In this document: positions 30,066 through 41,238 of the stretch, piece by piece
Layout: each line of letters begins with the position of its first letter
Numbering within the stretch: position 1 is the first letter of the stretch
NCBI GenBank assembly: GCA_964291215.2
Contig: OZ219791.1
Coordinates: 3,232,001 to 3,296,000 of the forward strand
Reading direction: 5' to 3'
Source: Alphaproteobacteria bacterium
GTDB lineage: Bacteria; Pseudomonadota; Alphaproteobacteria; MPNO01; UBA830
Length of the DNA: 64,000 bases
Program-made: the position numbers and the translations under genes
The notes under the pieces: model-generated
Database searches by the model: none
Seen by the model: only the letters and a program-made list of their open reading frames with translations
What the model was told of the DNA's origin: nothing

Positions 30066-30877
30066 TGGCGAATATTCACGCAACGGCGATCGTCGACCCC
30101 GCGGCCGGCTTGGGCTCCGGCGTCTCGGTCGGTCCGTACTGCGTTGTCGGCCACGATGTCGTTCTGGGCGACGGCTGCACGCTTCTCTCCCATGTGGTTG
30201 TCGACGGGCGGACTGAAATAGGTCCGAATACCCGAATCTATCCTTTCGCTTCGATCGGGCATCCGCCGCAGGACATGAAATACCGGGGCGAGGCCTCACG
30301 CCTGGAGATCGGCGCGAACAACATCATTCGTGAGCATGTGACCATCAACCCGGGAACAGAGGGCGGTGGTATGCTGACCCGGGTTGGAAACAACTGCCTC
30401 CTGATGGTTGCTGTGCATGTAGCCCACGACTGCATCATCGGCAATCATGTGATCATGGCCAACAACGCCACTCTGGCGGGCCACGTCATTGTTGACGACC
30501 ACGCGATACTGGGCGGTCTTGCCGCCGTGCAGCAGTTCTGTCGAATCGGAAAGCACGCCATGGTCGGCGGCATGTCCGGCGTCAAGAGCAGCGTCATTCC
30601 CTACGGTTCGGTCCGGGGCAGGGAGGCTCACCTGAGCGGATTGAACCTGATCGGTCTGAAACGGAGAGGCTTCTCCAAGGATGACGTATCGGCGCTGCGC
30701 CGGGCTTATCGATTGATGTTCGCCAAGGAAGGCACGATGGCCGAACGCCTCGATGACGTCGTTGAGAGCTTCAGGGAACGACAGGCGGTGATGGAGATTG
30801 TCGATTTCATCCGCTCGGATTCGGGAAACGCCATATGCCAGCCCGAAGAGGCTGCAGCCGAAGAGACCACGGTATAG
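30065..30877 (+). CDS. lpxA: UDP-N-acetylglucosamine acyltransferase
   Basis: IHATAIVD, PQDMKY, HVAHDC, NNATLAGHV. Confidence 0.98.
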   Translation: MANIHATAIVDPAAGLGSGVSVGPYCVVGHDVVLGDGCTLLSHVVVDGRTEIGPNTRIYPFASIGHPPQDMKYRGEASRLEIGANNIIREHVTINPGTEGGGMLTRVGNNCLLMVAVHVAHDCIIGNHVIMANNATLAGHVIVDDHAILGGLAAVQQFCRIGKHAMVGGMSGVKSSVIPYGSVRGREAHLSGLNLIGLKRRGFSKDDVSALRRAYRLMFAKEGTMAERLDDVVESFRERQAVMEIVDFIRSDSGNAICQPEEAAAEETTV

Positions 30878-31350
30878 CGGGATCCGGGCCGCCGCCCGAA
30901 ACGATGACACGCGACAGGATCCGGCTTGCGGCTCCGCCGACAATGCAGTGAGCGGCACCGGCGTTTCGAGCGCCGCTTGGCGTTTCCGCTCGGCGGCGCG
31001 ATCAGGGGCGGACGACTGACAGGTACCCGGCCCGAGTTCCGAGGTGCTCGGCGGCTGTCTGACAACAGACCGCGAAAACCTGTTTCGAGGCGGCCAGCTG
31101 GCTCGGCCTGTCCGCCGCTGTCGTCGAGGACGGGCTCTTTCCCGATAGCCGCGCTGGCCCGTTTCCAATCGGTCGGGATTGCTGCAGGCCGTGCCCGGTC
31201 CGGAGCTGTCCCGGCGGCTTGAGACGAGTGTCGCCTGTATCACGGGTTTGCAACCTGATGCGGCGTGACATAGGTATTGTTCGTCAGTGAGGCGAGGGTT
31301 GCCGGTTTTTCCGTGCAGCCCGTTGACGGGCGGACGCCCCGGAAAGGGAC

Positions 31351-32193
31351 ATGGCTTCGAAACTGGGCATTGTCGCGGGCGCCGGCGGGCTGCCGGGCCA
31401 CCTCGTCGAAGCCTGCCGCCGCAGCGGGCGCGACTTTCACGTCTTCGCGTTCGAAGACAGCGCCGACATCGAAGCGCTGGCCGGCGCGCCGACGGAACGG
31501 ATTCGATTCGGAGCGCTCGGCAAGGCGATCGATGCAGCGCGGCGCCTCGGTATCGTGGAAGTGGTTCTTGCCGGCCGGATTCCCCGTCCGCCCCTGACAC
31601 GGCTCCTGCTCGATCCCGTAGCGGCCCGATTCCTGGCCCGTGTCGGCACCCGCGTATTGGGCGACGACCACCTTCTTGCCGCCGTGATTGGGGAGCTAGA
31701 GGAAAAGGAGGGTTTCCGCCTCGTCGGGGCGGATGAGGTCCTCGTCGAACTTCTGGCCGTTTCAGGAAACCACGGTACCCTGGGTCCCGACGAGGACAGC
31801 ACCGCGGATATCCAGCGGGGGGTTCGCGTAGCCCGCGCCCTCGGTGTGCTGGACGTGGGTCAGGCAGTAATCGTCCAGAACGGAACGGTACTCGGGCTTG
31901 AGGCAATGGAAGGCACTGATGCGTTGATCGAGCGCTGCGCCGCGTTCGTCGAGCGCGGCGCGCCGGGCGGCGTGCTGGTGAAGTGTTCCAAGCCCGGCCA
32001 GGAGCGCCGGGCTGATCTACCGGCGATCGGTGTCTCGACGGTCGAAGCGGCCGTGAGCGCCGGCCTGCGCGGCATTGCTCTCGAGGCTGGCGGCGCGCTG
32101 ATCATCGGACGGGACGCCGTCGTTGCCGCTGCCGACAAGGGCGGCATATTCGTTTTCGGAACCGAAGCCCCGGAAGTCGATGGAGGCCGATGA
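31351..32193 (+). CDS. lpxI: UDP-2,3-diacylglucosamine hydrolase LpxI
   Basis: LGIVAGAGGLP, DVGQAV, EAMEGTD, KPGQERRADLPAIG. Confidence 0.95.
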   Translation: MASKLGIVAGAGGLPGHLVEACRRSGRDFHVFAFEDSADIEALAGAPTERIRFGALGKAIDAARRLGIVEVVLAGRIPRPPLTRLLLDPVAARFLARVGTRVLGDDHLLAAVIGELEEKEGFRLVGADEVLVELLAVSGNHGTLGPDEDSTADIQRGVRVARALGVLDVGQAVIVQNGTVLGLEAMEGTDALIERCAAFVERGAPGGVLVKCSKPGQERRADLPAIGVSTVEAAVSAGLRGIALEAGGALIIGRDAVVAAADKGGIFVFGTEAPEVDGGR

Positions 32194-33409
32194 TCTGGCG
32201 CCGCTGGTCTGGCTGATTGCTGGAGAGCCTTCTGGCGACCTTCTCGGCGCCCGGCTGATGGCGGCGCTACGCGAACAGACTGGTGGCCGGATCAGGCTGG
32301 CCGGCATAGGCGGCGAGCAGATGACGGCCCAGGGGCTGAACAGCCGTTTTCCGATATCCGATATTACGGTCATGGGAATGGCCGAGGTCCTGCCGCGGAT
32401 TCGCCTGATTCGGCGGCGCATCGACGAAACCGCTGCGCAGATTCTCGGCGACAGGCCGGATGTCGTGGTATCCATAGATTCGCCGGGATTCTGCTACAGG
32501 GTCTGGAAAAAGCTGGTGGGCCGCGGCATTCCGCTCATTCACTACGTTGCTCCAACGGTCTGGATATGGAAGCCGGAAAGAGCCCGCAAATTCGCGCGGT
32601 TGCTCGACCACTTGATGGTGGTACTTCCGTTCGAGCCGCCCTATTTCCAAAAGGAGGGGCTGGCCTGCACCTTTGTCGGCCACCCGGTGGTCGAGGAACC
32701 GGATGGCCGGGGGGACGGCGGTGCTTTTCGGAAAGCCCATGGAATTTCACGAAAGACAAAAATCATATGCGTGCTACCCGGCAGTCGGCGCTCGGAGGTT
32801 GTCCGGCTCCTGCCTGCGTTTCGGGATGCAGCCGAACGGGTGAGCCGCCAAACTCCCGGAGTCGTGTACTGCTTTCCGACGCTTCCGTTTCTTGACGAGA
32901 TTGTGCAGTCTGGGACGGCGCGTTGGCCCAGTCGCGCGATTGTCGTGACGTCGGCGGCCGAGAGACGCGATGCGATGGCTGCAAGCGATGTTGCGATGGC
33001 GGCTTCAGGCACGGTGTCGCTTGAACTGGCAAGGGCTGCAATTCCGCATGTTGTCGCTTACCGGGTGCACGGCGTAACGGCGACGCTGTTCCGGGTAATG
33101 CAGAAGGGACGGTTGCGCTATGCGAATCTCGTCAACATACTGCTTGACAGGGAAGCAATTCCGGAATTCCTGCAGCAAAAGTGCCGCGGGGACCGGATAG
33201 CGGCAGCCGTGACCGCGCTCCTTGAGACCGGGGCGGCTGCATCTGCCCAGAAGGAGGCGGCATCACAGGCGCTGGGGATGCTGCGCGCCGGCAGTCGTGC
33301 ACCGAGCTTGGCCGCAGCCGCCATTGTCCTCGCCCATGCGTACGGGCAGGTGTCCCGGGGCGCGGGCGTAGCGCAGACAGACGAAAACACTGACGGAGAG
33401 ACAGCATGA
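32180..33409 (+). CDS. lpxB: Lipid-A-disaccharide synthase
   Basis: AGEPSGD, YVAPTVW, FVGHP, LPGSR, ASGTVSLE. Confidence 0.97.
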   Translation: MEADDLAPLVWLIAGEPSGDLLGARLMAALREQTGGRIRLAGIGGEQMTAQGLNSRFPISDITVMGMAEVLPRIRLIRRRIDETAAQILGDRPDVVVSIDSPGFCYRVWKKLVGRGIPLIHYVAPTVWIWKPERARKFARLLDHLMVVLPFEPPYFQKEGLACTFVGHPVVEEPDGRGDGGAFRKAHGISRKTKIICVLPGSRRSEVVRLLPAFRDAAERVSRQTPGVVYCFPTLPFLDEIVQSGTARWPSRAIVVTSAAERRDAMAASDVAMAASGTVSLELARAAIPHVVAYRVHGVTATLFRVMQKGRLRYANLVNILLDREAIPEFLQQKCRGDRIAAAVTALLETGAAASAQKEAASQALGMLRAGSRAPSLAAAAIVLAHAYGQVSRGAGVAQTDENTDGETA

Positions 33410-33813
33410 CTGCCGATAAAAGCGGATTCCGTTTTCTGCACACAATGATCCGCGTCAGGAATCTTGAAAAATCGATCGACTTCTATTCGCGGCATCTCGG
33501 GATGCAGGTCCTGCGACAGAAGGATTTCCCCGGCGGCAAGTTCACCAATACCTTCATGGGCTACGGGGACGAGGATCTTCATACGGTGTTGGAACTCACC
33601 CACAACTGGGAGCAGGAAGAGCCGTACACCCATGGTTCCGGATTCGGGCACCTTGCGGTCTCGGTTCCTGACATCAATGCCGCCTGTGCGCGGATGGAGG
33701 CCGAAGGGGTGAACATACCGAGGCCGCCCGGACCCATGAAGCACGGTACGACCGTGATCGCGTTTATCGAGGATCCGGACGGTTACAAGATAGAGCTGAT
33801 CGAAAGGAAATGA
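33406..33813 (+). CDS. gloA: Lactoylglutathione lyase (glyoxalase I)
   Basis: LHTMIRV, ELTHNW, GFGHLA, DPDGYKIELIE. Confidence 0.96.
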   Translation: MTADKSGFRFLHTMIRVRNLEKSIDFYSRHLGMQVLRQKDFPGGKFTNTFMGYGDEDLHTVLELTHNWEQEEPYTHGSGFGHLAVSVPDINAACARMEAEGVNIPRPPGPMKHGTTVIAFIEDPDGYKIELIERK

Positions 33814-33835
33814 GGCGGCGGTATCGGCCGGGGGG

Positions 33836-35152
33836 TCAGCGGGCTTCTATGGATACGAACTTTCGTTTTTCGGGTCCGAGATAGAGTTGGCGCGGACGTC
33901 CGATCTTCTGGTCGGGATCCTCAATCATCTCGTTCCAGTGCGCGACCCATCCCACCGTCCTGGCCACTGCAAAAAGGGCGGTGAACATCGATTCCGGAAT
34001 GCCGATCGCGCGGAAGATGATGCCCGAATAGAAGTCGACATTGGGGTAGAGCCTGCGCTCGACAAAATAGTCGTCTTCCAGCGCAATGCGTTCAAGTTCG
34101 ATCGCCAGCTCGAGAAGTGGCTCGTCCCTGATGCGGAGCGCATCGAGAACTTGATGACATGTATCACGCATGATTTTCGCGCGGGGGTCGAAATTCTTGT
34201 AGACGCGGTGACCGAAGCCCATCAGGCGGAACGGATTATGCCGATCCTTTGCCTTGACGATATACTCAGGGATACGGTTCACACTGCCGATCTCGTGAAG
34301 CATGTTGAGGACGGCTTCATTGGCTCCTCCGTGGGCCGGACCCCAGAGGCTGGCAATACCCGCCGCGATGCAGGCAAACGGATTTGCTCCCGACGAACCC
34401 GCAAGTCTCACCGTTGATGTCGAAGCGTTCTGCTCGTGGTCGGCATGCAACGTCAGGATTCGATCCATGGCCCGGGCTATGACCGGATCCACGCCATAGG
34501 ATTCGCAGGGAGTTGCGAACATCATGTGGAGCAGGTCTTCCGCATATGTCAGGTCGTTCCTCGGATACATGAACGGCTGGCCGAGCGCGTACTTGAACGC
34601 CCATGCTGCGATCGTCGGCATCTTGGCGACAAGCCGATAGGAGGCAATCATGCGCTGCTGGGGATCCGAGATGTCGGTGGAGTCGTGATAGAACGCGGAG
34701 AGGGCGCCGACCACGCCGCACATGATCGCCATGGGATGGGCATCACGGCGGAAGCCGTTGTAGAAGTTGTGCAACTGCTCATGCACCATCGTGTGGTAGG
34801 TGATGTCGTGGACGAACCTGTCCCTTTCGTTGGCGTTCGGCAATTCTCCTTTCAGCAGCAGATACGAGATCTCGCTGAAATCGCAATGCTGGGCGAGATC
34901 CTCGATAGGATAGCCGCGATAGAGGAGGATTCCGGCGTCGCCGTCGATATAGGTGATTTTTGAATCGCAGCTTCCGGTCGCCATGAAGCCGGGATCGAAG
35001 GTAAAGCAGTCAAGTTCCGAATAGAGCGCACGTATGTCGATCACCCTTGGACCGGCCGTTCCGCTGAGCAGGGGCATTTCCAGTTTCCTGCCCGTTGAAT
35101 TGTCGGTGAGCGTGACCGTTTCGTTGCCGACTGCTGCCTTGCCCTTGTTCAT
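33836..35152 (-). CDS. gltA: Citrate synthase (type II)
   Basis: [36 protein letters not shown]. Confidence 0.98.
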   Translation of the reverse strand: MNKGKAAVGNETVTLTDNSTGRKLEMPLLSGTAGPRVIDIRALYSELDCFTFDPGFMATGSCDSKITYIDGDAGILLYRGYPIEDLAQHCDFSEISYLLLKGELPNANERDRFVHDITYHTMVHEQLHNFYNGFRRDAHPMAIMCGVVGALSAFYHDSTDISDPQQRMIASYRLVAKMPTIAAWAFKYALGQPFMYPRNDLTYAEDLLHMMFATPCESYGVDPVIARAMDRILTLHADHEQNASTSTVRLAGSSGANPFACIAAGIASLWGPAHGGANEAVLNMLHEIGSVNRIPEYIVKAKDRHNPFRLMGFGHRVYKNFDPRAKIMRDTCHQVLDALRIRDEPLLELAIELERIALEDDYFVERRLYPNVDFYSGIIFRAIGIPESMFTALFAVARTVGWVAHWNEMIEDPDQKIGRPRQLYLGPEKRKFVSIEAR

Positions 35153-35338
35153 CGTGGCCCTTCTCCCTGTTCCGTTCGCTGATTCTCTTCATCGGCAGGC
35201 AAAGCCTCACCAAAGACCGTCCATCGGTTCCTGATTCCGAAAGGCGGGAAAATACACGCTTTGCGGCGCCAGATCAAAGACGTGCTCGTTGCAGGGAGCC
35301 GTTGCGGGAAACATCTCGCGGCAGGCAGGCGCCCACTG

Positions 35339-36772
35339 TCACGAGGGTGATGCCGGCACGGTGGCGGTTGTTCCGGTGGCCTCAGCGATGCGAGCCAGCG
35401 TCTCGTCGCGGCCGAGGATGGCGGCAACCTCGAAGATTCCAGGCGACACGTTGCTGCCGGTCAACGCTGCGCGCAGCGGCTGGGCGATTGCACCGAGCTT
35501 GAGATTCCTGTCGGCCGCAAACCTCCTTACGGCGTCTTCGAGCCCCTGTTCATCCCACTCCGTGACGTCGCCAAGCGTGGCGCAGAGTTCGGCGAGATGT
35601 CCGGGTGCGGATCCGGCAAGCAGCTTCACCGCCTTCGGGTTCGGTGTAAGCGGCCTCGGGCGGGCGTAAAAAAGGAGGGAATCGGCGAGATCGACCAATG
35701 TCTTCGCGCGCGCCTTGGCGGCCGGAATCCCTGCGAGGATACGTTGTCCGACATGTTCCGGGAGCAGAGCTCCAATCTCGCGTTCGATCACCGGAATTAC
35801 CTGGCCGGCGAGAGCGTCGTCATCGCTTGCCGACAGGTAGAGCCCGTTCAGATGGGAAAGCCTGTCGAGATCGAAACGAGCGGCGCCCCTGTTCACGTCA
35901 GAGACGTCAAACCAGTCGATCGCCTGATCAAGGGTGAAGACCTCGTCGTTACCATGACTCCAGCCGAGCCGGCAGAGATAGTTCAACAGCGCCTCGGGCA
36001 GGACACCCATCTCGCGGTAGGCCTCGACACCCAGCGCGCCATGGCGCTTGGAGAGCTTGGCGCCGTCCGCGCCGTGGATCAGCGGAATATGCGCATATGC
36101 CGGCAAATTCCACCCAAGCGCCTGAAACAATTGAGATTGGCGGGCGGCGTTGTTGAGGTGGTCGTCGCCGCGAATGACATGCGTCACCCCCATATCGTGA
36201 TCGTCAACGACCACCGAAAGAGTATAGGTCGGCGTCCCGTCTGCGCGCACCATGATCAGGTCGTCGAGTACCGAATTGTCGGTTGCGACCGGGCCCTGGA
36301 CCATGTCCTCTACCACCGTCACGCCGTTTGCCGGGGCGCGGAACCGGATGACGGGATCAATCCCTTCCGGGGCTTCGGAAGCCGGACGGTCGCGCCATGT
36401 GCCGTCATAGCGGACGGGTCTGCCCTCGGCCTTTGCCCTTTGGCGCATCTCGGAGAGTTCTTCCGGGGTGCAGTAGCAGTAATAGGCGTGTCCGGCGTCG
36501 AGCAGCGCCCTCGCCACTTCCGCGTGACGCCCCCTCCTGTCGTATTGGAAGACGGGTTCGTCGTCCCAGTGAAGCCCGAGCCACGAAAGGCCGTCCAGAA
36601 TCGCGTCTGTCGCCTCGGGTGTCGAACGCTTGCGGTCGGTGTCTTCGATGCGGAGCAGGAACGTTCCCCCGCCATGGCGGGCATACAACCAATTGAACAG
36701 TGCTGTCCTCGCTCCACCGATGTGGAGAAACCCTGTCGGCGAGGGTGCAAAACGGGTGACAACCTTCGTCAT
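35339..36772 (-). CDS. gltX: Glutamate--tRNA ligase
   Basis: [19 protein letters not shown]. Confidence 0.98.
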   Translation of the reverse strand: MTKVVTRFAPSPTGFLHIGGARTALFNWLYARHGGGTFLLRIEDTDRKRSTPEATDAILDGLSWLGLHWDDEPVFQYDRRGRHAEVARALLDAGHAYYCYCTPEELSEMRQRAKAEGRPVRYDGTWRDRPASEAPEGIDPVIRFRAPANGVTVVEDMVQGPVATDNSVLDDLIMVRADGTPTYTLSVVVDDHDMGVTHVIRGDDHLNNAARQSQLFQALGWNLPAYAHIPLIHGADGAKLSKRHGALGVEAYREMGVLPEALLNYLCRLGWSHGNDEVFTLDQAIDWFDVSDVNRGAARFDLDRLSHLNGLYLSASDDDALAGQVIPVIEREIGALLPEHVGQRILAGIPAAKARAKTLVDLADSLLFYARPRPLTPNPKAVKLLAGSAPGHLAELCATLGDVTEWDEQGLEDAVRRFAADRNLKLGAIAQPLRAALTGSNVSPGIFEVAAILGRDETLARIAEATGTTATVPASPS

Positions 36773-36813
36773 CGGCGGTCTTCGGGAAACTCTGCAGGGG
36801 CCGTCCGGCCTGG

Positions 36814-37515
36814 TCAGTACTTCCGGACCAGTCCGACCAGGCGGCCCTGGACACGGATCTGGTCGGGGCCAAATATCCGGGTTTCGTGGTTGGCATTCGC
36901 TGGTTCCAGCGCGATCGACGCCCCCCGGCGGCGGAACCGCTTGAGGGTTGCTTCCTGCCCCTCGACCAGCGCAACGACGATGTCGCCGTTCTCGGCCGTG
37001 TCGGTCCGTCTGATCAGGACCACATCACCGTCGAATATGCCTGCCTCGATCATCGAATCGCCCTCGATCTCGAGGGCATAGTGCTCGCCCCGCCCGACAA
37101 GGCCGGGAGGGGCGTCAAAGGTGCGCGAATGGTCCCTGAGGGCCTCGATCGGCGTGCCCGCGGCGATCTTGCCGTAGAACGGCAACTCTGCCGCGCCCGT
37201 GCCGGCGGGCGCTTCGGAATCGGCCGGCTGTTCGCCGCGCACGAACGATCCGCTGATTACCCGGGGCCTGAAGTTGCCGGCGATCTGCCCGGTTCCCGCA
37301 TGTGGCGGCCGGCGCAGGATTTCGAGAGCCCTTGCCTTGTACGGCATGCGCCGGAGGAAGCCGCGTTCCTCGAGAGAGCTGATCAGACGGTAGATTCCGG
37401 ATTTGGATCTGAGGCCCAGCGCTTCCTTCATTTCCTCGTAGGACGGCGACACGCCGGTAGCGTTGATCTGCCGGTCTATGAAGGTCAGCAATTCGCTTTG
37501 CTTTTTCGTCAACAT
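36814..37515 (-). CDS. lexA: SOS repressor LexA
   Basis: MLTKKQ..PSYEEM..SKSGI, IAAG cleavage site, GDSM, TLKR. Confidence 0.97.
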   Translation of the reverse strand: MLTKKQSELLTFIDRQINATGVSPSYEEMKEALGLRSKSGIYRLISSLEERGFLRRMPYKARALEILRRPPHAGTGQIAGNFRPRVISGSFVRGEQPADSEAPAGTGAAELPFYGKIAAGTPIEALRDHSRTFDAPPGLVGRGEHYALEIEGDSMIEAGIFDGDVVLIRRTDTAENGDIVVALVEGQEATLKRFRRRGASIALEPANANHETRIFGPDQIRVQGRLVGLVRKY

Positions 37516-37553
37516 TTGCTGCTTTCCGACTGGTTTCAGCGATCGGTCCGAGA

Positions 37554-37587
37554 AAACAAACCGCAGACATATGTTTATGGTTTGTTC
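37554..37587 (-). promoter_or_regulatory. Alphaproteobacterial LexA (SOS) boxes
   Basis: GAAC-aaaccat-AAAC on the minus strand (37573-37587) plus an inverted degenerate copy AAAC-aaaccgc-AGAC (37554-37568); consensus GAAC-N7-GAAC. Confidence 0.7.
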
Positions 37588-37643
37588 CAGATCAAGTCAA
37601 GAATCACCGCACGCCTCTCCGGGTGGCGCGGTGCCGAAGCCGC

Positions 37644-38870
37644 CTAGGTGCTGACTATGCTGCCGCCGAGCTGGATTATCTTGACCCGGTCTCCGGATGA
37701 CGCTGGCGGTGCGAAAGGGGGGCGGACGACGAGCGCATCGGCACGGGCCATGGTGGCGAACATCGAGCTGTCCTGTTTCGAAAAGGGCCTGACGACGAAG
37801 CCGCCGCCGTCGGATCGGTGAAGTGTGCCCCGCAGGTAGTCCTCGCGTTCGTCGTTCGCAGGAAGCGCGCGGTCGAGGCGGGCGCTTCCGGTTCGGGGAA
37901 GGACATCGACCATGCCCATCATCTTCCGTATCGCAGGTGCGAGAAACATGACCGCGCACACGAGGGATGAAACCGGGTTCCCCGGCAGCCCGATCATGTA
38001 GCTGTCCCTGAAGTTCCCAAACATCAGCGGCTTGCCGGGGCGCATGGCGATGCGCCAGAAATCGACTGCAAGCCCGATGTCGCCAAGCACGCTCTGCACT
38101 AGGTCATGGTCCCCGACCGACGCGCCGCCAGTGGTCAGGAGGATGTCGCTGCCGCGCGCGCTGGCAGCCAGGGTGCGCAGTTCGCCGGCTTCGTCAGCGG
38201 CAATGCCGATATCCATCGCTTCCGCGCCTTGGGCCGTGATGAAGGCGCAGAGCGCGAGGGCGTTCGAGCTCACGATCTGGTTGCGGCCGACAGGATCGCC
38301 CGGCATGACGATTTCGTCGCCGGTCGCGAGCACGGAAATCCGTGGCCTGCGGCGGACCATCAGCCACGGGATGTTCATCGCGGCCGCGAGGCCGACGTCG
38401 CGCGCCGTCAGCACGCGACCGGCTTCGAGAAGGGTGTCTCCCTCGCAGAAATCCAGCCCCGCCGGGCGCACATAGCGCCCCGGCGGGGCCTCGCCGGCGA
38501 CGACGCGCACCGATGGCCCGGCCGCTTGCGTGTTTTCCTGAATGACGATGGTGTCGGCGCCATCAGGCAGCGGCGCCCCGGTGAAGATCCGCACCGCCTG
38601 TCCGGCCTGCAAGCGGCCGTCGAAGGCATGTCCGGCCGGAGCGTATCCCACGATGTCCAGATCGGCCGGGAGTTTGGCGGCATCGGCGGCGCGGACAGCA
38701 TACCCGTCCATTGCCGAGACCGGCATTGGCGGCTGGCTTCGCCGCGCAATCAGATTCTCCGCCAACACGCGGCCGAGTCCGTCAGCCACGGGGACCTGTT
38801 CCGCGGCGACCAGCGGCATGGCCTCGACGATGCGGCGCTGGGCATCGGCCACCGGCAGGAGATCGGACAT
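37644..38870 (-). CDS. moeA: Molybdopterin molybdotransferase
   Basis: SAMDGYAV, IFTGAPLP, TGDE, TTGGASVG, GLPGNPVS. Confidence 0.97.
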   Translation of the reverse strand: MSDLLPVADAQRRIVEAMPLVAAEQVPVADGLGRVLAENLIARRSQPPMPVSAMDGYAVRAADAAKLPADLDIVGYAPAGHAFDGRLQAGQAVRIFTGAPLPDGADTIVIQENTQAAGPSVRVVAGEAPPGRYVRPAGLDFCEGDTLLEAGRVLTARDVGLAAAMNIPWLMVRRRPRISVLATGDEIVMPGDPVGRNQIVSSNALALCAFITAQGAEAMDIGIAADEAGELRTLAASARGSDILLTTGGASVGDHDLVQSVLGDIGLAVDFWRIAMRPGKPLMFGNFRDSYMIGLPGNPVSSLVCAVMFLAPAIRKMMGMVDVLPRTGSARLDRALPANDEREDYLRGTLHRSDGGGFVVRPFSKQDSSMFATMARADALVVRPPFAPPASSGDRVKIIQLGGSIVST

Positions 38871-38871
38871 G

Positions 38872-39378
38872 TCAGGCGGCGCTTTCCGGATCCGGTCGCT
38901 CGTCCGACGCCGCGAATTCTCCCGACCGCCCGCCGGACTTTCGGACAAGCCGGATATCGGTGAGGCGCATGGTGCGGTCGACCGCCTTGCACATGTCGTA
39001 GATGGTGAGCGCCGCGACCGAAACGGCGGTCATGGCCTCCATCTCGACGCCGGTGCGGGCCTTCAGGCGGCAGGTCACCTCGATATCGACGGCATTGCGC
39101 CCGTGATTGCAGCTCAGATTCAGATCCACCTGGTCGAGCGCAAGCGAATGACAGAGGGGAATGAGTTCGGCAGTCCGCTTGGCGGCCATGATGCCGGCAA
39201 GCTTGGCCACCGACAGGACGTCGCCCTTTTTCATTGTGCCGGCGGCAACCAGCTCGAGGGTCTGTGGCTGCATCAGCACGCTGCCGCGCGCCGTGGCGGT
39301 GCGCTCGGTGGTGTCTTTGCCCGAAATGTCCACCATGCGCGCGCTGCCGTCGGTGCCGATATGGGTGAGAGAGGACAT
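38872..39378 (-). CDS. moaC: Cyclic pyranopterin monophosphate synthase
   Basis: MVDISGK, LIPLCH, TGVEMEA, YDMCKAVD. Confidence 0.98.
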   Translation of the reverse strand: MSSLTHIGTDGSARMVDISGKDTTERTATARGSVLMQPQTLELVAAGTMKKGDVLSVAKLAGIMAAKRTAELIPLCHSLALDQVDLNLSCNHGRNAVDIEVTCRLKARTGVEMEAMTAVSVAALTIYDMCKAVDRTMRLTDIRLVRKSGGRSGEFAASDERPDPESAA

Positions 39379-40196
39379 CAGGTGCTCGCGCCCTCGAGGA
39401 CATTGTCGGCGGCAAGCAGCCTGGCCGCGGCCTCGACGTCATCCCGGCGCATCAGCGCCTCTCCGATCAGGAAGGCGCGGGCGCCGGCGGCGCGCATGGC
39501 CAGGAGATCGCCCGGTCCGGAAAGTCCGCTTTCGCTGACGATGAGGCGGCCCGCGGCAAGCGCCCTGGGAGCGAGACGGCGTGTGGTCGCCGTGTCCGTC
39601 TTCAGGCTCTTGAGATCGCGGTTGTTGATGCCGAGAAGGGGCGATCCGAGCTTCATCGCGCGGTCGAGCTCGGCGGCGTCATGAACTTCCACCAGTACGT
39701 CCATGTCCCAGTGAAAGGCCGCTGCCTCGAGCTCGGCCGCAAGGACATCGTCGATGGCGGCGAGAATCAGCAAGATGCAGTCGGCGCCGAGCATTCTGGA
39801 TTCAGCGACCTGATAGGGGTCGATGATGAAGTCCTTGCGCAGTACCGGCAGGGAGACGGCCTCGCGGGCCTCCACGAGATGGTGATCCGCGCCCTGGAAC
39901 CAGGGCATATCGGTGAGCACGGACATGCAGGTAGCGCCGCCACGCTCATAGGCGCGGGCAAGGTGGGCCGGGTTGAAGTCCTCGCGAATGAGCCCCTTGC
40001 TGGGCGACGCTTTCTTGATCTCGGCAATGAGTCCGTAGCGGCCGCCGCCGGATTCCCTCTGCAGGGCCTTGGCGAATCTGCGCGTCGGGGACGCGTGCCG
40101 GGCTGCCGCCTCCACCTCGCCGGGCGGCATCGCGGCGCGGCGGGTTGCAACATGTTCCGCCTTGTCGGCGCATATCCGGGTCAGGGCGTCACTCAT
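39378..40196 (-). CDS. trpC: Indole-3-glycerol phosphate synthase
   Basis: IAEIKKASPSKG, LRKDF, GINNRDL, SESG. Confidence 0.98.
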   Translation of the reverse strand: MSDALTRICADKAEHVATRRAAMPPGEVEAAARHASPTRRFAKALQRESGGGRYGLIAEIKKASPSKGLIREDFNPAHLARAYERGGATCMSVLTDMPWFQGADHHLVEAREAVSLPVLRKDFIIDPYQVAESRMLGADCILLILAAIDDVLAAELEAAAFHWDMDVLVEVHDAAELDRAMKLGSPLLGINNRDLKSLKTDTATTRRLAPRALAAGRLIVSESGLSGPGDLLAMRAAGARAFLIGEALMRRDDVEAAARLLAADNVLEGAST

Positions 40197-41238
40197 CGGT
40201 GTCCTCGTCCTCGGGCGGTTCCGGAGGCGTCTCGTTGGAGATCTCTATCATGCGGTCGAGAGCGCGGCGCGCGTGACCGTCGTCAAGCGACCGGGCCGCC
40301 ATCTCGACGCCATCCTTGAGGTTTTCCGCCCGGTCCGCGACGACGAGCGCGGCTGCGGAGGTGAAGAGGACCGTATCGCGAAAGGCGCTCGGCTGGCCGC
40401 CGAGGAGGCGGCGCATCGCGTCGGCGTTGAACTCGGCGTTACCGCCCCGGAGATCGCCGAGCCGGCACACCGGCAGACCCGCGTCGTCAGGAATGACCTC
40501 GAACGTCGTGATGCTGCCGCTCCTCAGCTCGGCGACGCTTGCGGGGCCGCTGGTCGACAGTTCGTCGAGGCCGCCAGAGCCGTGCACGACCCATGCCTGC
40601 CGCGCGCCGAGTTCACCTAGGACCCGGGCGACGGGTTCCACCCATTCGGGTGCGAAAACGCCGACCAGCAGCCGGTCCACCATCGCCGGGTTCGAGAGCG
40701 GACCGAGCATATTGAACACGGTGCGAAAGGCGAGTTCGACCCGCGGGCCGGCGACGTGCCGGGTTGCGTTGTGATGGCGGGGGGCCATCATGAAGCCGAT
40801 CCCGGCCTCGGCGATCGATTTTTCGATCAGCCGCGTGTCAGCATCGATATTGACTCCGAGAGCCCCGAGCACATCGGCCGCGCCGGCGCGCGAGGACAGG
40901 GCGCGGTTGCCGTGTTTTGCGATGGGAACACCGCAGCCGGCCACCGTGAGGGCGGAAGCGGTCGAGATATTCAAGGTGCCGCTGCCGTCACCGCCGGTTC
41001 CGACGATGTCAATGGCGTCGGGCGGGGCCGAGATGTGCAGCGCCTTGGCCCGCATCACGCGCGCAGCGGCAGCAATTTCCGTGACTGTCTCGCCGCGTAT
41101 TCGCAGGCTCATCAGGAACGCGCCGATTTGTGCCGGTGTCGCGTTGCCCGTCATTATCACGTCGAACGCCGTTTCGGCCTGCTCGTTGTTCAGCGCGTTG
41201 CCGTCGGCCACCAGCGCCAGGATACTCTTGAAATCCAT
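40189..41238 (-). CDS. trpD: Anthranilate phosphoribosyltransferase
   Basis: DIVGTGGDG, NIST, KHGNR, GLDE. Confidence 0.98.
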   Translation of the reverse strand: MDFKSILALVADGNALNNEQAETAFDVIMTGNATPAQIGAFLMSLRIRGETVTEIAAAARVMRAKALHISAPPDAIDIVGTGGDGSGTLNISTASALTVAGCGVPIAKHGNRALSSRAGAADVLGALGVNIDADTRLIEKSIAEAGIGFMMAPRHHNATRHVAGPRVELAFRTVFNMLGPLSNPAMVDRLLVGVFAPEWVEPVARVLGELGARQAWVVHGSGGLDELSTSGPASVAELRSGSITTFEVIPDDAGLPVCRLGDLRGGNAEFNADAMRRLLGGQPSAFRDTVLFTSAAALVVADRAENLKDGVEMAARSLDDGHARRALDRMIEISNETPPEPPEDEDTDE

